A DNA stretch of 64,000 bases. Source: Chlorokybus atmophyticus (taxonomy: Eukaryota; Plantae; Mesostigma and Chlorokybus algae). Of the stretch, positions 24,646-37,263 are shown piece by piece. The notes under the pieces were generated by a model, which was given only the letters and a program-made list of their open reading frames with translations, had not been told where the DNA came from and searched no databases. The stretch's first letter is position 1, and each line of letters starts with the position of its first letter. The translations under genes and the position numbers were made by a program. The stretch covers positions 13,451-77,450 of the forward strand of contig RHPI01002272.1 of NCBI GenBank assembly GCA_009103225.1, in the 5' to 3' direction.

Positions 24646-25406
24646 TTGGCTTGTTGACTTTGTATGCTACAGCACAGCATGTTCGTAGGAAGAACACCGA
24701 CTCCATCTGCCCGTACTACCCAGCAGCAGCACACCAGCTGCACGAAGCACTTGTCACCATGAGGGTGGAGGTCATCTTTCTGTTTTTGCTACGCGTTACA
24801 CAGGTGGCGCAGCAGCATGTCCAGCACAGCATGGCTGTCCATGCAGCTGTCCGAGACAGCGTGACCCTCGACTCCCCTCGACCCGACACCTGTCCCCATC
24901 ATATGACATCAACCTCGGGAATCGAACCTCGAGATTGTCAAACACAAGTAAACCTCGGATTTATGAACTGCAAAAATCCGTCCTATGCTTGTCCAAACAC
25001 ATTGGACTGGCAAATTGCAAGTCAGTCATGCGATTAGCCAGTTTAACCCGAGGTTCGCATGACTAACTTGCGATTTGCCAGTCCAATATGTTTGGAAAAG
25101 CACAGGACAGATTTTGGCAGTTCACAAATCCGAGGTTGACTTGTCCTGTGTTTGACAATCTCGAGGTTTGACAATCCCGAGGTTGATGTCCTATGATGGG
25201 ACAAGTCCTGTGTTAAACACAGTCAGCAAGCACTATGCCTTAAATTAGGTTGGCGTGAGGCAACATTGACGCACAAATGCACGCAGCATTGGCGCACACA
25301 CCCCTATGGATGCGGTGCGCATTTTACGAACTCACATTTCTTCTGCCACTTAATTAGCATTGCCTGTAAGTCATTGTCACCAGACCCTGCCGCCGCCGCC
25401 TCCGCC

Positions 25407-25795
25407 GGAAAAGTCAGCGCGAATCATACTCATGTGGATGACACCAGTGTGGTCGTGAATGGTCACACCACATGTGGCACGCCGTCAGGACCACCTATGG
25501 CCTACATAACAGTGATAACCACATGTGGCCAGCCGTCATGACCATTCAGACCCTACTGTATGTGGTCTAAATGCATACCATATTTGGCCTGAGTGTACAA
25601 TTTATGGTGATGAACTCACCATCACATGCATGTCGCCGGCAATCACGTCCATACACGGTCGTTCAATCATATCATCGAATAATAAGTCGCCGCCATGTGT
25701 GTTTGTGATGTTGTGACCATGCTGTCTTGGTGGTGTAGTCACACCATACTTGCAGGTTCATACCATGTATGGTTGGCCAGTCGTGTGCTCCATGC
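25407..25795. repeat. Second CACTA-type subterminal motif tract related to 1113-1900
   Basis: Starts with the identical GGAAAAGTCAGCGC and shows the same GTGGTC/GACCA/ACCATG motif richness. Confidence 0.5.
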
Positions 25796-26160
25796 GTTTG
25801 TTGTTGAAAACCAGAGTCTGTAGCATAGCGAGCCTGCCTAGCGCTTCAGGCACCTCCTTTAAACACTCACACTGTCGCCCTGTCGCACATTAGCTTTGCA
25901 GAACGGTAAGCTCACTAAACAGGCCCGCAGTGCCTGCAACCTGCTGCACACGCTTATGTCCAGCTCTTGCGGAGCAGCAAGCTCGCGCAAAGGACGCTGC
26001 GGCCTTTGAGCTGCCGCACCAGCTGAACTTGTCAATGTTCGTTGGGCAACTCGGGCAGCGTCGATGGGTCTGTCACACCTGTCTAGGTCTACGCCTAGAT
26101 TACCTGCTCTTGCAGATCAACAAGCTTGCCAAAAGACTTAACTTCCTTGGCGGTTATGCA
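25796..26160 (-). pseudogene. Degenerate LRR fragment
   Basis: Reverse complement gives CECLKEVPEALGRLAMLQTLVFN plus other LRR-like pieces with frameshifts. Confidence 0.6.
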
Positions 26161-28064
26161 AGTAAGCAAACAGCACTTGCATGAGAATGCATGTCAATAC
26201 ACACGATTACATACATGTACTTGGCAACCGTTGTATGTAATATGATACATGTATATATGCACGTATGTGTGCATGTAAGTATGCAATGCAGATTAACGAA
26301 TGTGTGATATGTGTAAATGGATTGTTTGTTTAAGTTATCGCATGCTATACATGTTATTCGTTATTTGTCACAACCTTCCATTTACTTTAAGCTGCTTTAT
26401 ACATGATACAATTTGGCAATTTTCTCTTACGGCATATAGACGCAACCATAGTACATAGTAAAGCCTTGCATCAACTTGACTGTTCAACATTTGTATGCTA
26501 CAACAACATCATATTGGCCTTGTATCAGTAGTACTACATATTGGAGGTAGGGCTGTGCACATCGCCACGTGTAACATGTGTGACGTTGCTAAGTTGCATG
26601 CCGATACCTTGCGAAGAGGCGCTACGCTTGTGATGATATGAAGCTAAGTGCACTTAATAATGACGGCGGCGGCGGCGCTACGGAGATGGTGGACAACTAT
26701 AGCTAGGCGTGGCGAAAAGAGTAGCAAGCAAGGCGCGTAGTAAACTGCGCTTACGGTCTAATGTACAATGTGCGATAACGTGCTGTGCTGCGGGTTGTCA
26801 CCATCTGCGTCACTATCGTTGTCAAGTGCTAGTGCTTGCGAGCATGCTAAACGCATTGTTTGTAGTGTGAAACATGGCCCAGCAGGCATAGTAGCGAAAG
26901 GAATTATTACAAAATGTCGTGTATTGCATATCAATATATAGATGGATGACTCCATAAGCCCTTTGGCCCATTTAGTGATAAAGCGGTATATAAACACTTT
27001 GAGTATGAATATAATGCTTATGTGCAATATCCGTGTGTCTCAAGCATTGGGTGGAGAAATCTCAAAGTATTTGCAAAAACACTAGTTGGTTCTTATGGTG
27101 TAAATGCGCATAAGCACGTGTTACACCCATTATGTATGTTCACTTGCTATTACAAACGGAAACATGGTTCTTAAAGTGTTAAATAAGTAAAGCACGGCCT
27201 GCAGTTGTAGGCTATTATGCAAGTTGCAATACATTTAAAAATCATGCACGTAGACTTCGTATTGCGCATTACAACGATGGTCATCTGCAACCTTCAGTTG
27301 CTCATATGCATCTCGTTGCATAAACGCGTGCAACACCTTTCAGCTCCTAAGGGTGTTTTATATATGAAGCATCAAAATGCTATTTCATGCTTAACAAGCT
27401 ACATAAGCAGTCACACGCATGCACACACCAGCATTACAAGCACAAAGCAAGCAAATTAACGGGGGCGCAGAGCAGCTAGGACCAACTAGAACGCAGCAAC
27501 CAACACGACTGCTCAGCAACTGCACAGCGGACGGGGCAGCACAGGGCAGGACGGGGCCAAGGGAAGGGGGTCACCACCTGCGCAGCAGAGGCGTGGTCAG
27601 GCCGGGCTTCACTAGCTTCACAGACGCGGACGACAACGACGACCACGACGCAGCACACAACTGACTGGCCCCCGCCGCCACATACGCTGCTCCGGCCCCT
27701 ATCCTGTTCACAACAACAAATCGACTGCAGGCGTTGTTAGAGCGTTAGTGAGCAGGGCTGTTAGTGAGCAGGGCCCTTAGCAATGCATGTCACATCACAT
27801 TAGTCATGTGCCATGCCAGTGGCTGAGCAGCAACGCCAGCACTAGGACCATGACCAGCAACCCAACTGAAGCATCGCAAGCATCACAAGGAACAAAACAC
27901 AAGCCACAGCATGCACAGCACCAGCATCACAGCACCACAAACACCATCCAGACCAGCAACACAAGCCACACCAGCATATGCATGCACCACACCAGCACCG
28001 ACAGTAATTTGCATGCGGGCTGGTAACCTGCTCCCCGCATGTACTCACCTCTTCTTACCTGAAC

Positions 28065-29960
28065 TCACCTGTCAGTCGCTGTGGTGACGTCCATCCTCCG
28101 CTTGATGAGGTGATAGAAGTGCTTGTATGTCACCCCGTACACCAGCCCTTGCCTCGTAGCCCACCTGCACAACACCGACAGCAAGACTGACAGGTCATAG
28201 CCTTGTACACACATCCCTGTCAACAAAGTGTGCAGTTCCTGCAAGCAATGTGCTCTACATGTAAGCAGTCTCACAAAACGAATGCATTGCAAAATGACTA
28301 TACCATGTTTTGCCGATCCGGCAGTGTCACTGGCAGGGTGTGGGCGCTCTCCATCATGGGATTCCCACGAACAATGGTAGCGTGATCTTACTGTACACTC
28401 TCGTACACAAGCCCACATCATGAGCCTGTAACACATTCATATCCAGGAAAGGCACCGAAGTGCCCGCAGCAAACTCAGTCAATGTCAAGATGTGCTGGGT
28501 AAATGCCACCCGCGAGTGCTGTGGTGACTGATACATGAACGCAGCAAACGCCGGTACATTCACCACCAACAGATCATCCACATACCGTACAATACTCATG
28601 GCAACCTTAGCAAGCAGTTCTGGTTGGCCCAACGCCTTGAGCCTGCGCATAAACTTGAGCTCATCATACCCCAAATGGAAGTTAGCCAGATACACGCCAG
28701 CGTTGTTGCTTATGGCAATGCCAATAGCTTGCTGGCGTATCTCATCCGTGGCAGTCTGCACGTACAAGCTATCCACCATGTACGACAGCATGACATGTAG
28801 TGTGGCACGTTTAAACTGACGTATTGTACGTGCATGTGTTTACCCTGTTAGGGCCACACCCCTAAACGTGTGTGGTCTCACCATTGTGGTATGTCACATA
28901 AAGGGTGTCAGCTCTATGGTGGTTGCGCTGAGCACAGGCAAAGAGTTCGTCATCCAGCTCCTGGATGCCTGTCACCAACTCTCCATGGCGTATGTTAGTG
29001 TACAAGTTGACAAAGTCAAACGTCCTCAACAGCATGTTGAGGACGTCCAATTGTGTTGCTTATCTGCTGACGAGCGTGAGGTATTGAAACCTTGCAGCAG
29101 GTCCAGCACGCCCATTGAGTCCTTCAATATCCAACTCTTGTGCATGCCCTGCACAGTCTCAGACCACAGAATGTGAAAGATTGGCAGCAGGCACTTACAA
29201 ATACAGGTCAACCACACACTAACAGAAGTCAGCAAAGTGTTGCAAGCCGCAGAAATAAATCTAGTTTTTTTTTTTTGTGAAGCTTGAGGGTTAAGTACAA
29301 GTGGGGCAGCCTAGCAGCGCCTCCAGGAACTGCCCTGTAGCCATGATGTTTTGTGAATGCCGCATGCCTCTGCAAAACCTCTACTTTGCTCTCATCCACC
29401 AACGTGTAAGTGTCAGTAGCCAACTCAGCCGAAAACAAGCACAAGTACTACCACTTGCACATGATGGCATAAGTGTAGTGGCAAAGACGCCACTACACTT
29501 ATCTACATCTGTGACGACAAAATGGTCATGTAACTCTCTCACCAACTGACGATCCAGAGCAGTCAATGTTGGTGCAGTTTGCACAGGTAAAACAGTGATG
29601 GTAGCTGCCTTCTGCGCCAAGGACGCTTCCACAGAGGATGCCCAATCAATGAACAGTCCTGGCTGGCCATACTTACCATCTAAGTTTTCTGCAAAGTTCA
29701 AAACGCCGCATTGCACAGCTGCCAGGCATGAGTGGGCACAGGTCGCAGCAGGGGGCCTGTACTTTATACCTGCGGCGAGGAGCTGAGCAAGAGTGGCTGA
29801 TTGCAACATAGAATAGTCACAGCCTACCACATGACCCAGCTGTGGATGTGCGGACAAGTGTGGTGCTTGACACAACCACCCAGCATCCAACATGCTCATC
29901 TGCACGGACATGGGCATGCATATCGGCACTGCTGCTACTGCGTCGATACGCAATCATGCA
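28065..29960 (-). mobile_element. Penelope-like retroelement reverse transcriptase, degenerate
   Basis: HPQLGHVVGCD..LAQLLAAGIKYRP, VTDVDK, PHLYLTLKLHK, FDFVNLYTNI.H, QQAIGIAISNNAGVYLANFHL, RYVDDLL, VPFLDM, TRVYSK and thumb segment GIVILQCIRFVR..QGY. Many frameshifts. Confidence 0.85.
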
Positions 29961-30544
29961 TGCGTGCATGCAATAAACGTGTGCATCTCGACTGTGATGC
30001 ACATGCGCTGAGTAAGCACAGAATGCAGGCATGCACTGTGCAAGGAGTGAACATGGTGAGTTCAGCGGCAGGTATGATCGCCCGCGGCTGACTGTTTGAC
30101 GGCATTGGTACAGGTTCTGCATGAGGCTCGGCGTTGCTCCCATCAACAGCGCTGTGCGGGTACCGAGCGCTGCGCTTTCCCAACCAGTGCGCACAACGCG
30201 GCTGGCTTGGGCAGTGCGGGCCATGGCTGGCAGCGCTGGTGATATGTAAGTCGTCGACGCCGCTGCAAATGCCGTGTGCCATCACTGTCGCAACATTCTT
30301 AGCTTCATGTGCTTGTCTGCAAACCAAATAGTATCGCCTTACTGCACTCAATCGTAGGCGCGTGCTTGGTAGCTTGGTATCTGTATAGCTCGGCTATTCC
30401 AGCTGGTTAGCTTTTGGCCAGTTCCCTTTGCCACCTTTTAGCAATCCCCATTGATGTAAGATTTGACTTTGTAAACTGAACCGCATCCTACCCACAAAGT
30501 AACTACATGTGCGTGGAAGGCAGCCACGCATGCAGCAGCAAACT

Positions 30545-31345
30545 TCTGTGTTCATCAGCTACTGTCAGAAGGACAAGTCACATGCGCAACCTGACGTGCG
30601 AAACCTAGCGGACAGATTACAAGCCGATGGATTGCTGTGTCTTTGTGGACTACATGAATGACGGGACAGTGTCGTGGCCTGTCTTTGTCGGACAGATGCT
30701 GGAGGACAGACCAATGCGCGCACGTTGTTTAGTTGCACCATTGGCCAGCCCCGTGTGACCGCAATTGCATGCATGGTGTGTGGTGTACTTAAGTTGCTGA
30801 GATGCTGGGTTCAGGTCGTTGTTGCCTGTGACGAGCACTACAAATTTGATTCCCTCAAAGAGCCAGTCTTAGACAGCATCGACTTGCTGGGCAGGGGTAC
30901 TCCTGACGAGTACACCAACATCCTTTACAAGGTGTATGAGCAACAATATTGAACGGGCTGGCTGGTGCCAGTAAACTTTATGCCTCCTGGTGAGATAAGC
31001 CACGTCCCCAGCCAGATTGTCAAGTTCAGTTACTATTCCATCAATTGGCAGATTAAGGTGAGAGACAGGGTTTCCACTGTGACTGAGCTTGCTGGCTGAC
31101 TAAAGAGTACCTATCAGACGGCTCTAGTTGACCTGCCGATCAGCTCCCCTTGATGCTACGCATCAGCATGTGTGTGCTTACGCTGTATGTTCAAGTAGTT
31201 ATGAGCAGTACTTGATCAACACGCTTGCAGAACCCTGCTGACCAAAGGTACGACGACTTGCTGAAGCGCTTGCATAGTATCTCACCGTTTGTGACAGCAG
31301 CTGGAGCTACTGCCACGGGGCGCCGCCAGCTAGCACTGCTCTAAA
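30545..31345 (+). pseudogene. SEFIR (TIR-superfamily) domain, copy 1, three exons
   Basis: SVFISYCQKDKSH..VRNLADRLQADG..VFVDY..SWPVFVGQM | VVVACDEHY..GRGTPDEYTNILYKVYEQ..WLVPVNF..HVPSQI (exon 30815-31057) | NPADQRYDDLLKRL (from 31231). One frameshift and one TGA (30950). Confidence 0.75.
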
Positions 31346-31396
31346 CGACAGGTGATGGTTGTTACAGGCCTAAATGACAAAAAGAAGGTCGACGGA

Positions 31397-32248
31397 TGCA
31401 GCTGCTGATGGGATGGCAAGTGCTCGATCAGGCTTGTGTTTTGGTCCTTCACGTCGCAGTCAATGCACTGGCAGCAAGTGCGTAGCACCAGTACCAGTGC
31501 GTTCCTTGGAGTAACTGCTGATTGCTATGCACGAGTCGCCGATCTTCAGCAGCAGCTATCGCCAGCTCCTCGTCACAGGCGTACTTGTCAGTCAGAGAGT
31601 TGTTTGAAAACGAGGACATTCTCATCATCAATCTGTGGAGGGAGAGAGCTCAACCTGCAATGGACAGGCTTGTTGAGTTTTAAAACTCTTGCTCAGATTT
31701 CTACAGCAAATGTGCTCTCACCAATTGTGCTCTTACCAACAAGATGGCAGCCCTGAAGCGAAGCTCCTGCAGCTTATAAAAAACGCGCGCAGGTATGCGC
31801 CTATTGCGTTGCTTATAGCTACCTTGCCAGAGCACACACCCAGTGCGCACATCCACGTTTGCACAGCCTCTTTGTCGCCTATGACCGCCCCTTCACTTCC
31901 ATTGTGTACATGCAGGGTGGTCTATGACTTTTGGTACAAGGCATGAAATTGGTACACGACCAGGCTGCTGCCTGTGGATTTCTTAGCATCCGCAAGCATT
32001 GGGTTGGCAGAGGAAACGATTACAGACTGCTTGTGGAACCCATTGATATTGCAAATTATTACCGCCTGAAGCTGTGCGAGCAGTGGCGCGAAGGCAATCG
32101 TCATTACCTGGAGGCGAACAACCGTCCAGTTCAATACGTGTTTCTGGAACTTCGGTACGAGAAGTACAACCCAGGTAGCGTTGCACCCTCGTCAACGGAC
32201 CATGCGCTTCATGAAGCAGACGCGGTTGAGGCCAGCGCGCAGCTGTAG
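31397..32248 (+). pseudogene. EDS1/PAD4-type EP domain, copy 1, no lipase domain seen
   Basis: PAMDRLVEF*NSCSDFYSK, then NAR|RVVYDFWYK..HWVGRGNDYRLLVEPIDIANYYRLK..GNRHYLEANNRPVQY. GT-AG intron 31793-31915; stops and frameshifts present. Confidence 0.8.
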
Positions 32249-32354
32249 AGCTCGCATGCAAGCGCGTGCTCACTACAGCTATGGCAACCAGCAACGCTTC
32301 CAATTGCCATTTGGGTGAGTCACCTCGTACAGCTAGGTTGCAACTCTGAACACT

Positions 32355-35300
32355 TTACAAGGCGGATGGTAATGTACATACAGGACGGTATGCAGTAGAT
32401 GGTTGAAAAGCCAACAGAGGCTTAGCGCACTGCAATACTAGTGCAAACACCAGAAAACATTGCAGTTGCAGGGCTTGATGCAAAACAAAGTCATGCGCCA
32501 ACATGTCCACCATACCATTGTTGACAAGTATGATGTTGCTGGCTTCATGTATAACACATGTGTTCCAAGTTAGTGTGGACCCCAACTGTGTGCAAGTTTT
32601 TTGCGTCAACATGTCTACCTTATCACTGATATTGGAAGGCCTAAGCGCTTTGAGGCATGTAAGGCAGGCAGTGCAGGATGAATTACCCCATCTTTCCTGG
32701 GCGGCACAGCTGCCTGCGGATGAGGCAAACATGGTTCAAGCTTGTGCCTAGCAGCTTTGACAAACACCTGTCCAACTTTCTTAACACAATGTCGGGTTGT
32801 CCATTGGCGGCTTCAAACAGTAGCGTCTTGCACTGCCCTCTTGTTGACGACCTTGACTACGCTCTTCCTTGGCATGGAGTCCTTGGAAGGACTTCCGAGA
32901 TCAGCGTGTACAAGCCCCCCGCAACAACATGCCACTGCATCCTCATTGAACGATTGAGCATGATTGATTCTGTGTGACGCTGCAGCTGCAATCTCATACT
33001 GCAAAAGCACTAAAGCAGGGTATATAAAGCGCTTTCACTGTGTACAATGTGTGACAATGGCTGCAGCCATGAGAGCAACAATTGCCGTGCACGCAATACC
33101 GTACGGTAAGCATATGCATATCTGCAAGCTACAACTGCTTTCTCTGCACACTGGTATATATGTCAAGCTTGCTCAACTGAACTGCCAAGCCAACTGAAAA
33201 ATTTTCTGGAATTGGTGGAGGTGCACTAATGGACTTGACTAGTAGCTGAACTTTTCGGCAGGGCTTGTGGTCAGCTATGTAGAGGATTTCAGTAGGAGTA
33301 AAGCGCCCTGAGAATTTTCGATCTGTTTGGACATCAAGTGCAAACCACTCAGAGTTGCTATCTTCGTTTGCATTTGCATTCATAGATCCCCTCAACTCCC
33401 TGCATCAAACAAGCTAGGCTCAATTGTGTCACCTTCACCAAGCTCAGGCATACAATGCTTGGCCAACAACGTCTCAACCCACCAGCATGCAGGGTCGCGA
33501 TCGGGGCAGTCGTTCGCGCTGGTTACGCAGTAAGCTTCAACAACGTGCTCTTGGTCGTCCTTAAAAGTGTATGACAGCCAGCTACCTGTGTTGAAAGCAA
33601 ACTGGTCAAGACAATAAGAGCATAATGAAACGCGTGCAGCATTGTGTATGAACTTGAACTTATTGCTCTTGTCTGCACACGCATCACGTCAGCCACGTCA
33701 ACATGTGAGCTTGTCACTCACTCCAAGCCTCTCCAGTTCTGAAGGCAAGCCATTTGGTCTGGACATGGCCATCAAATGCGCAAATACCCAACTCATGCGG
33801 ACGCCTTTCACCCGAGCACTTCACCCACCCACCAGCTATGCGTGGGCCGAGCATTGCCAGCTGCTTCCAATGCTTGGCGCTGCCAACTTGTGTTGCTGTT
33901 TCTTCTACAATATCGAGCAAGCCTGGATGCACGTCTATAAGCCCTTATACACGTCACCCCGTCACATTAGTCATATGCATGCGCCAGCAATCACCGTTGA
34001 GTTCTTGCTTGTCGAGGATACCCTGGAAGACGTCAAGCCCTTCAACAAGGACCGTCAACGCGTCCACCGGTAAGGGCTTATGCTGCAACTGCTGCCGGCA
34101 AACTCTCACTTTCTCCTGCAATTCTTCAAGCCAGGTGCTAAGGGCCGCATCTGTGGTGTAGCGCCGAAGCTGCTTGTGCATTGCGTTCATAATGCAACTT
34201 GCGGCTTCATCGCAAGCCGGAAGTCTATCTGCTCAAGCCAGCAAAGGGTCAGCACCATCCCTGGTGCCATTGATGAGAGCAAATACAAAAGAGGCAAAGA
34301 ACAGTGACAACAGATGAGAGAAAATGATGCTGTTCCTACCTTTAGATTTCGCCATCTGGAACATTGTGGCAACTCGCCTGAAGTTGGTACTTGCTTCGCG
34401 CTCCAACTGCGCTTCCAGCTGGTGCCACACAAGCTTTTTGCAATTGCGAATATGTTCAGGCACCTTGAGTAAGTTATTCCCCCAAATCCGTAACTCCTCC
34501 AAATGTTGCAACGACAGCTCGGGTAGGTTGTTAAGCTTATTGGAATCCAACACCAGTTTCTTCAACTGTTGCAAGCGATTGACTTCTTGAGGTACCTCGA
34601 CCAGATCATTTTGTGACACATCCAGCACTTCAAGGTGATGCAGTTCCCACAGCTCATTGGCTGGCAATGATGCCAAACGAGTGTTGCACAGAATTAAATA
34701 GCGGAGGTCCTTCATCTTGCACACCTGTCAGGAAGCTGATGAGCGGCGCAGCATGGGAAGGAGGAAGGGGGCATATGCCCCCTATGCACTGATGCAGGAA
34801 AGATGCGCATTTACGACCAGCTGTTGCTCGTATGCCCCGACCTGCAGTATTGTTCATAGTACATTGCCAGCATTGCACGCCCCTCACCTGCTGTAACAAG
34901 CCTTCTGGGTTACAATCGACATCTATTGAGCGCCAATGCTTGAGCTTCGGGAGCTCCAAATTGGGAATGGCACGCAATTTGCTGCAGAAGTCCAAACTAA
35001 GGAAAAGCAGATGTGGCAGCTTTAAACAAACTACTGTGGGTGCTGTGAGGGATGTCAAGGAGACGCAATAAGCGAGATCCAACATCTGCAGCAGGCATGA
35101 GATCAGTGGCATACTTGCATGCATGCAGATGCGGGCAGTGAGAGAGCTGCACCTGCAGATTTGTAAACTTATTGATGTCCGGCAGGATGACAAGTCTACC
35201 GCAACGTGTCAACACCAGCGTTTGCAGTGAGGGCAGCTGCAGACAAAAAGAACCAGGACAGGGTGTAATTGAAGCTCTGCCAAGCACGAATAAGAATATT

Positions 35301-37180
35301 TCATTCCGTTTTGCAACTCACTTGGATATTTGCCTCTGCATCCCAGAGCTGCTCAAAACTGCCAAGGGACAAATCCAAAGCATAAAGTTTGTTGTATACT
35401 GCTGCTTCGATCACTTGCACGTTGCGCAGCATGTTCACTTGTAAGGATACCAAGTGCTGTGCACTGCCTTGTAGAACCAAGTATGAAGCACAGTTCACAG
35501 CCAGTAGCCGCAGGCCTGGCCCGAATTCATCTGGTGCAACCCGCTCACGATTGAGTTCGACCTGTATCTCCGAAAATTCGCCCTGCAGTTGACACTCAGC
35601 CTGTCTCAGTACTCTGGCCAATCTGAGGCCTTGACAACTTTCACAATCTCACTATGCTGTGCATGGCGCAATGCACTGTGACAGCAACACGGCGGTAAGC
35701 GACAGGAGCGCCTAGTCTGGACACATACAAAGTAATGTGCGGCACACCTGCTGAGGGATTCCGCTGACATGATGCAACGTCGAAGGTTGGAGACATGAAA
35801 GCTGTTGCGGGGCTACCGTCTTTTTCAATTGCGTTCCTAGAATCACTAGCAAATCATGCATCACCAACAATCTACCAGCTATCTCTGGGTGTTCTTCCAC
35901 ACTTATAAGGGAGCTCTCTTGGAGGTTGAGTAGCACACGAGGAATTCCCCTTCGAAGGTCTGCAAGATCTCCAGGGCTGGTCCAGATGTACACTCCAGCT
36001 CGATACCCGCTATAAGTGCGTAGAAACGGATAGCACGCCAGGTCTTGAAATGCATCACGTTCCTTGCTTCCAAGGCGGGTCAAGCTGAACTCAAGGATGC
36101 TGAATATGCCATCTTCCTTCTCACCATGTAAACTTTGCATTTCTGGTAGCCGCTCCAGATAGTGAAGAAACTCAACACGACTTTGATTACGCAGCGCACT
36201 TCCAATCACCTGAAGTGCCAGTGGCAGTCCACCGCACGCCTCCACAATGGATTTAACGACAGGTGCACATACTCGGAAGGACTGCCCGCGCTCACCTGCA
36301 GCGCATACGTGCTCATGCAGCTCGTTACAAAGGAAATAATCACTCAGGTTGAACTCGTCCGTACAAGCGTTGTAAATAATGCCAGCAAACTCGTCTTGTT
36401 CCTTGCGAGTGTGCTGCCGGTATGCATGTCTGCAGAACAGGGTGATAGCATCTAGTGGCCCTAAACACGACACTTGCAGAATTTCCACATTCCCCGGGTA
36501 CTCCAGCCACCTGCGCTCCCAGGAAGTGAGAATCACCTTGCTGCCTGCAGCCACGGGCACCAGCAAATAGTCCGCTTGCTCCTTGGTAGTGACATTATCC
36601 ACGACAAGCAGGACTTGCTCGTTTCTAAGGCGTTCTGTAAGTAACTGTCGTCCATCGCTCAAGTCGAGCCCAACATTGTCATCGGCAGGGGTCTTACAGA
36701 GGGCCCTCAGCATGGCTCGCTGCTGTTCCTTCAGTGCCACGGTGCTCTCTCCTGGATCAAGTGTGATGAAGCAGCTTCTTCCGCAATAGTCTGCGACAAA
36801 GTAATTGTACACATGCTTGGCTATGGTAGTTTTGCCCACACCTCGCATGCCAAGCAGTCCCACCACCGTGTGCGTTTCCAAACGCTTTATAACAGGTGCA
36901 GAGCGTGCATGGATGTCAACAGCCTCAACTGTAGCCACGGGCTTATGATGTATGCTCAGCTTTTGGCAAACCCAATGGACGACTTGTGTGGTGAGTTCCA
37001 CTTCATTCCTGCACATGCAACGATACCAGCAGATCACAAAACTGGAAGGATGCGAGATTTTGGGCACAGACATTGTTCGTACAACACAACAAACAGTACG
37101 CTGGCATACAGCAGTCCGATTCTAGCACCCAAAGCGTCAACTAGATGCCGCCAGCTCAGCAGCAAGCAACACAGACACAG

Positions 37181-37263
<83 letters not shown>

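Larger units (their letters stand above)
16858..24888 (+). mobile_element. Ty3/Gypsy LTR retrotransposon carrying a cytosine methyltransferase; 3'-deleted (no integrase, no recognisable 3' LTR)
   Basis: Order gag - protease - DNMT - RT - RNase H. The insert has TGTC...GACA ends and is flanked by CCTG at 16854-16857 and 24889-24892. Confidence 0.85.
16831..25228. mobile_element. Foldback/MITE-like element (about 370 bp when rejoined) whose left arm is split by an 8-kb insertion
   Basis: 24891-25202 is a near-perfect inverted repeat with arms of about 140 bp. The reverse complement of 25201-25228 matches 16831-16858 at 26/28 nt, and the left arm resumes at 24891. Confidence 0.8.

Noticed and set aside
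24650-24888. 3' LTR of the Gypsy element
   Set aside because: No extended direct match to 16858-17170; only a weak approximately 15-nt similarity.
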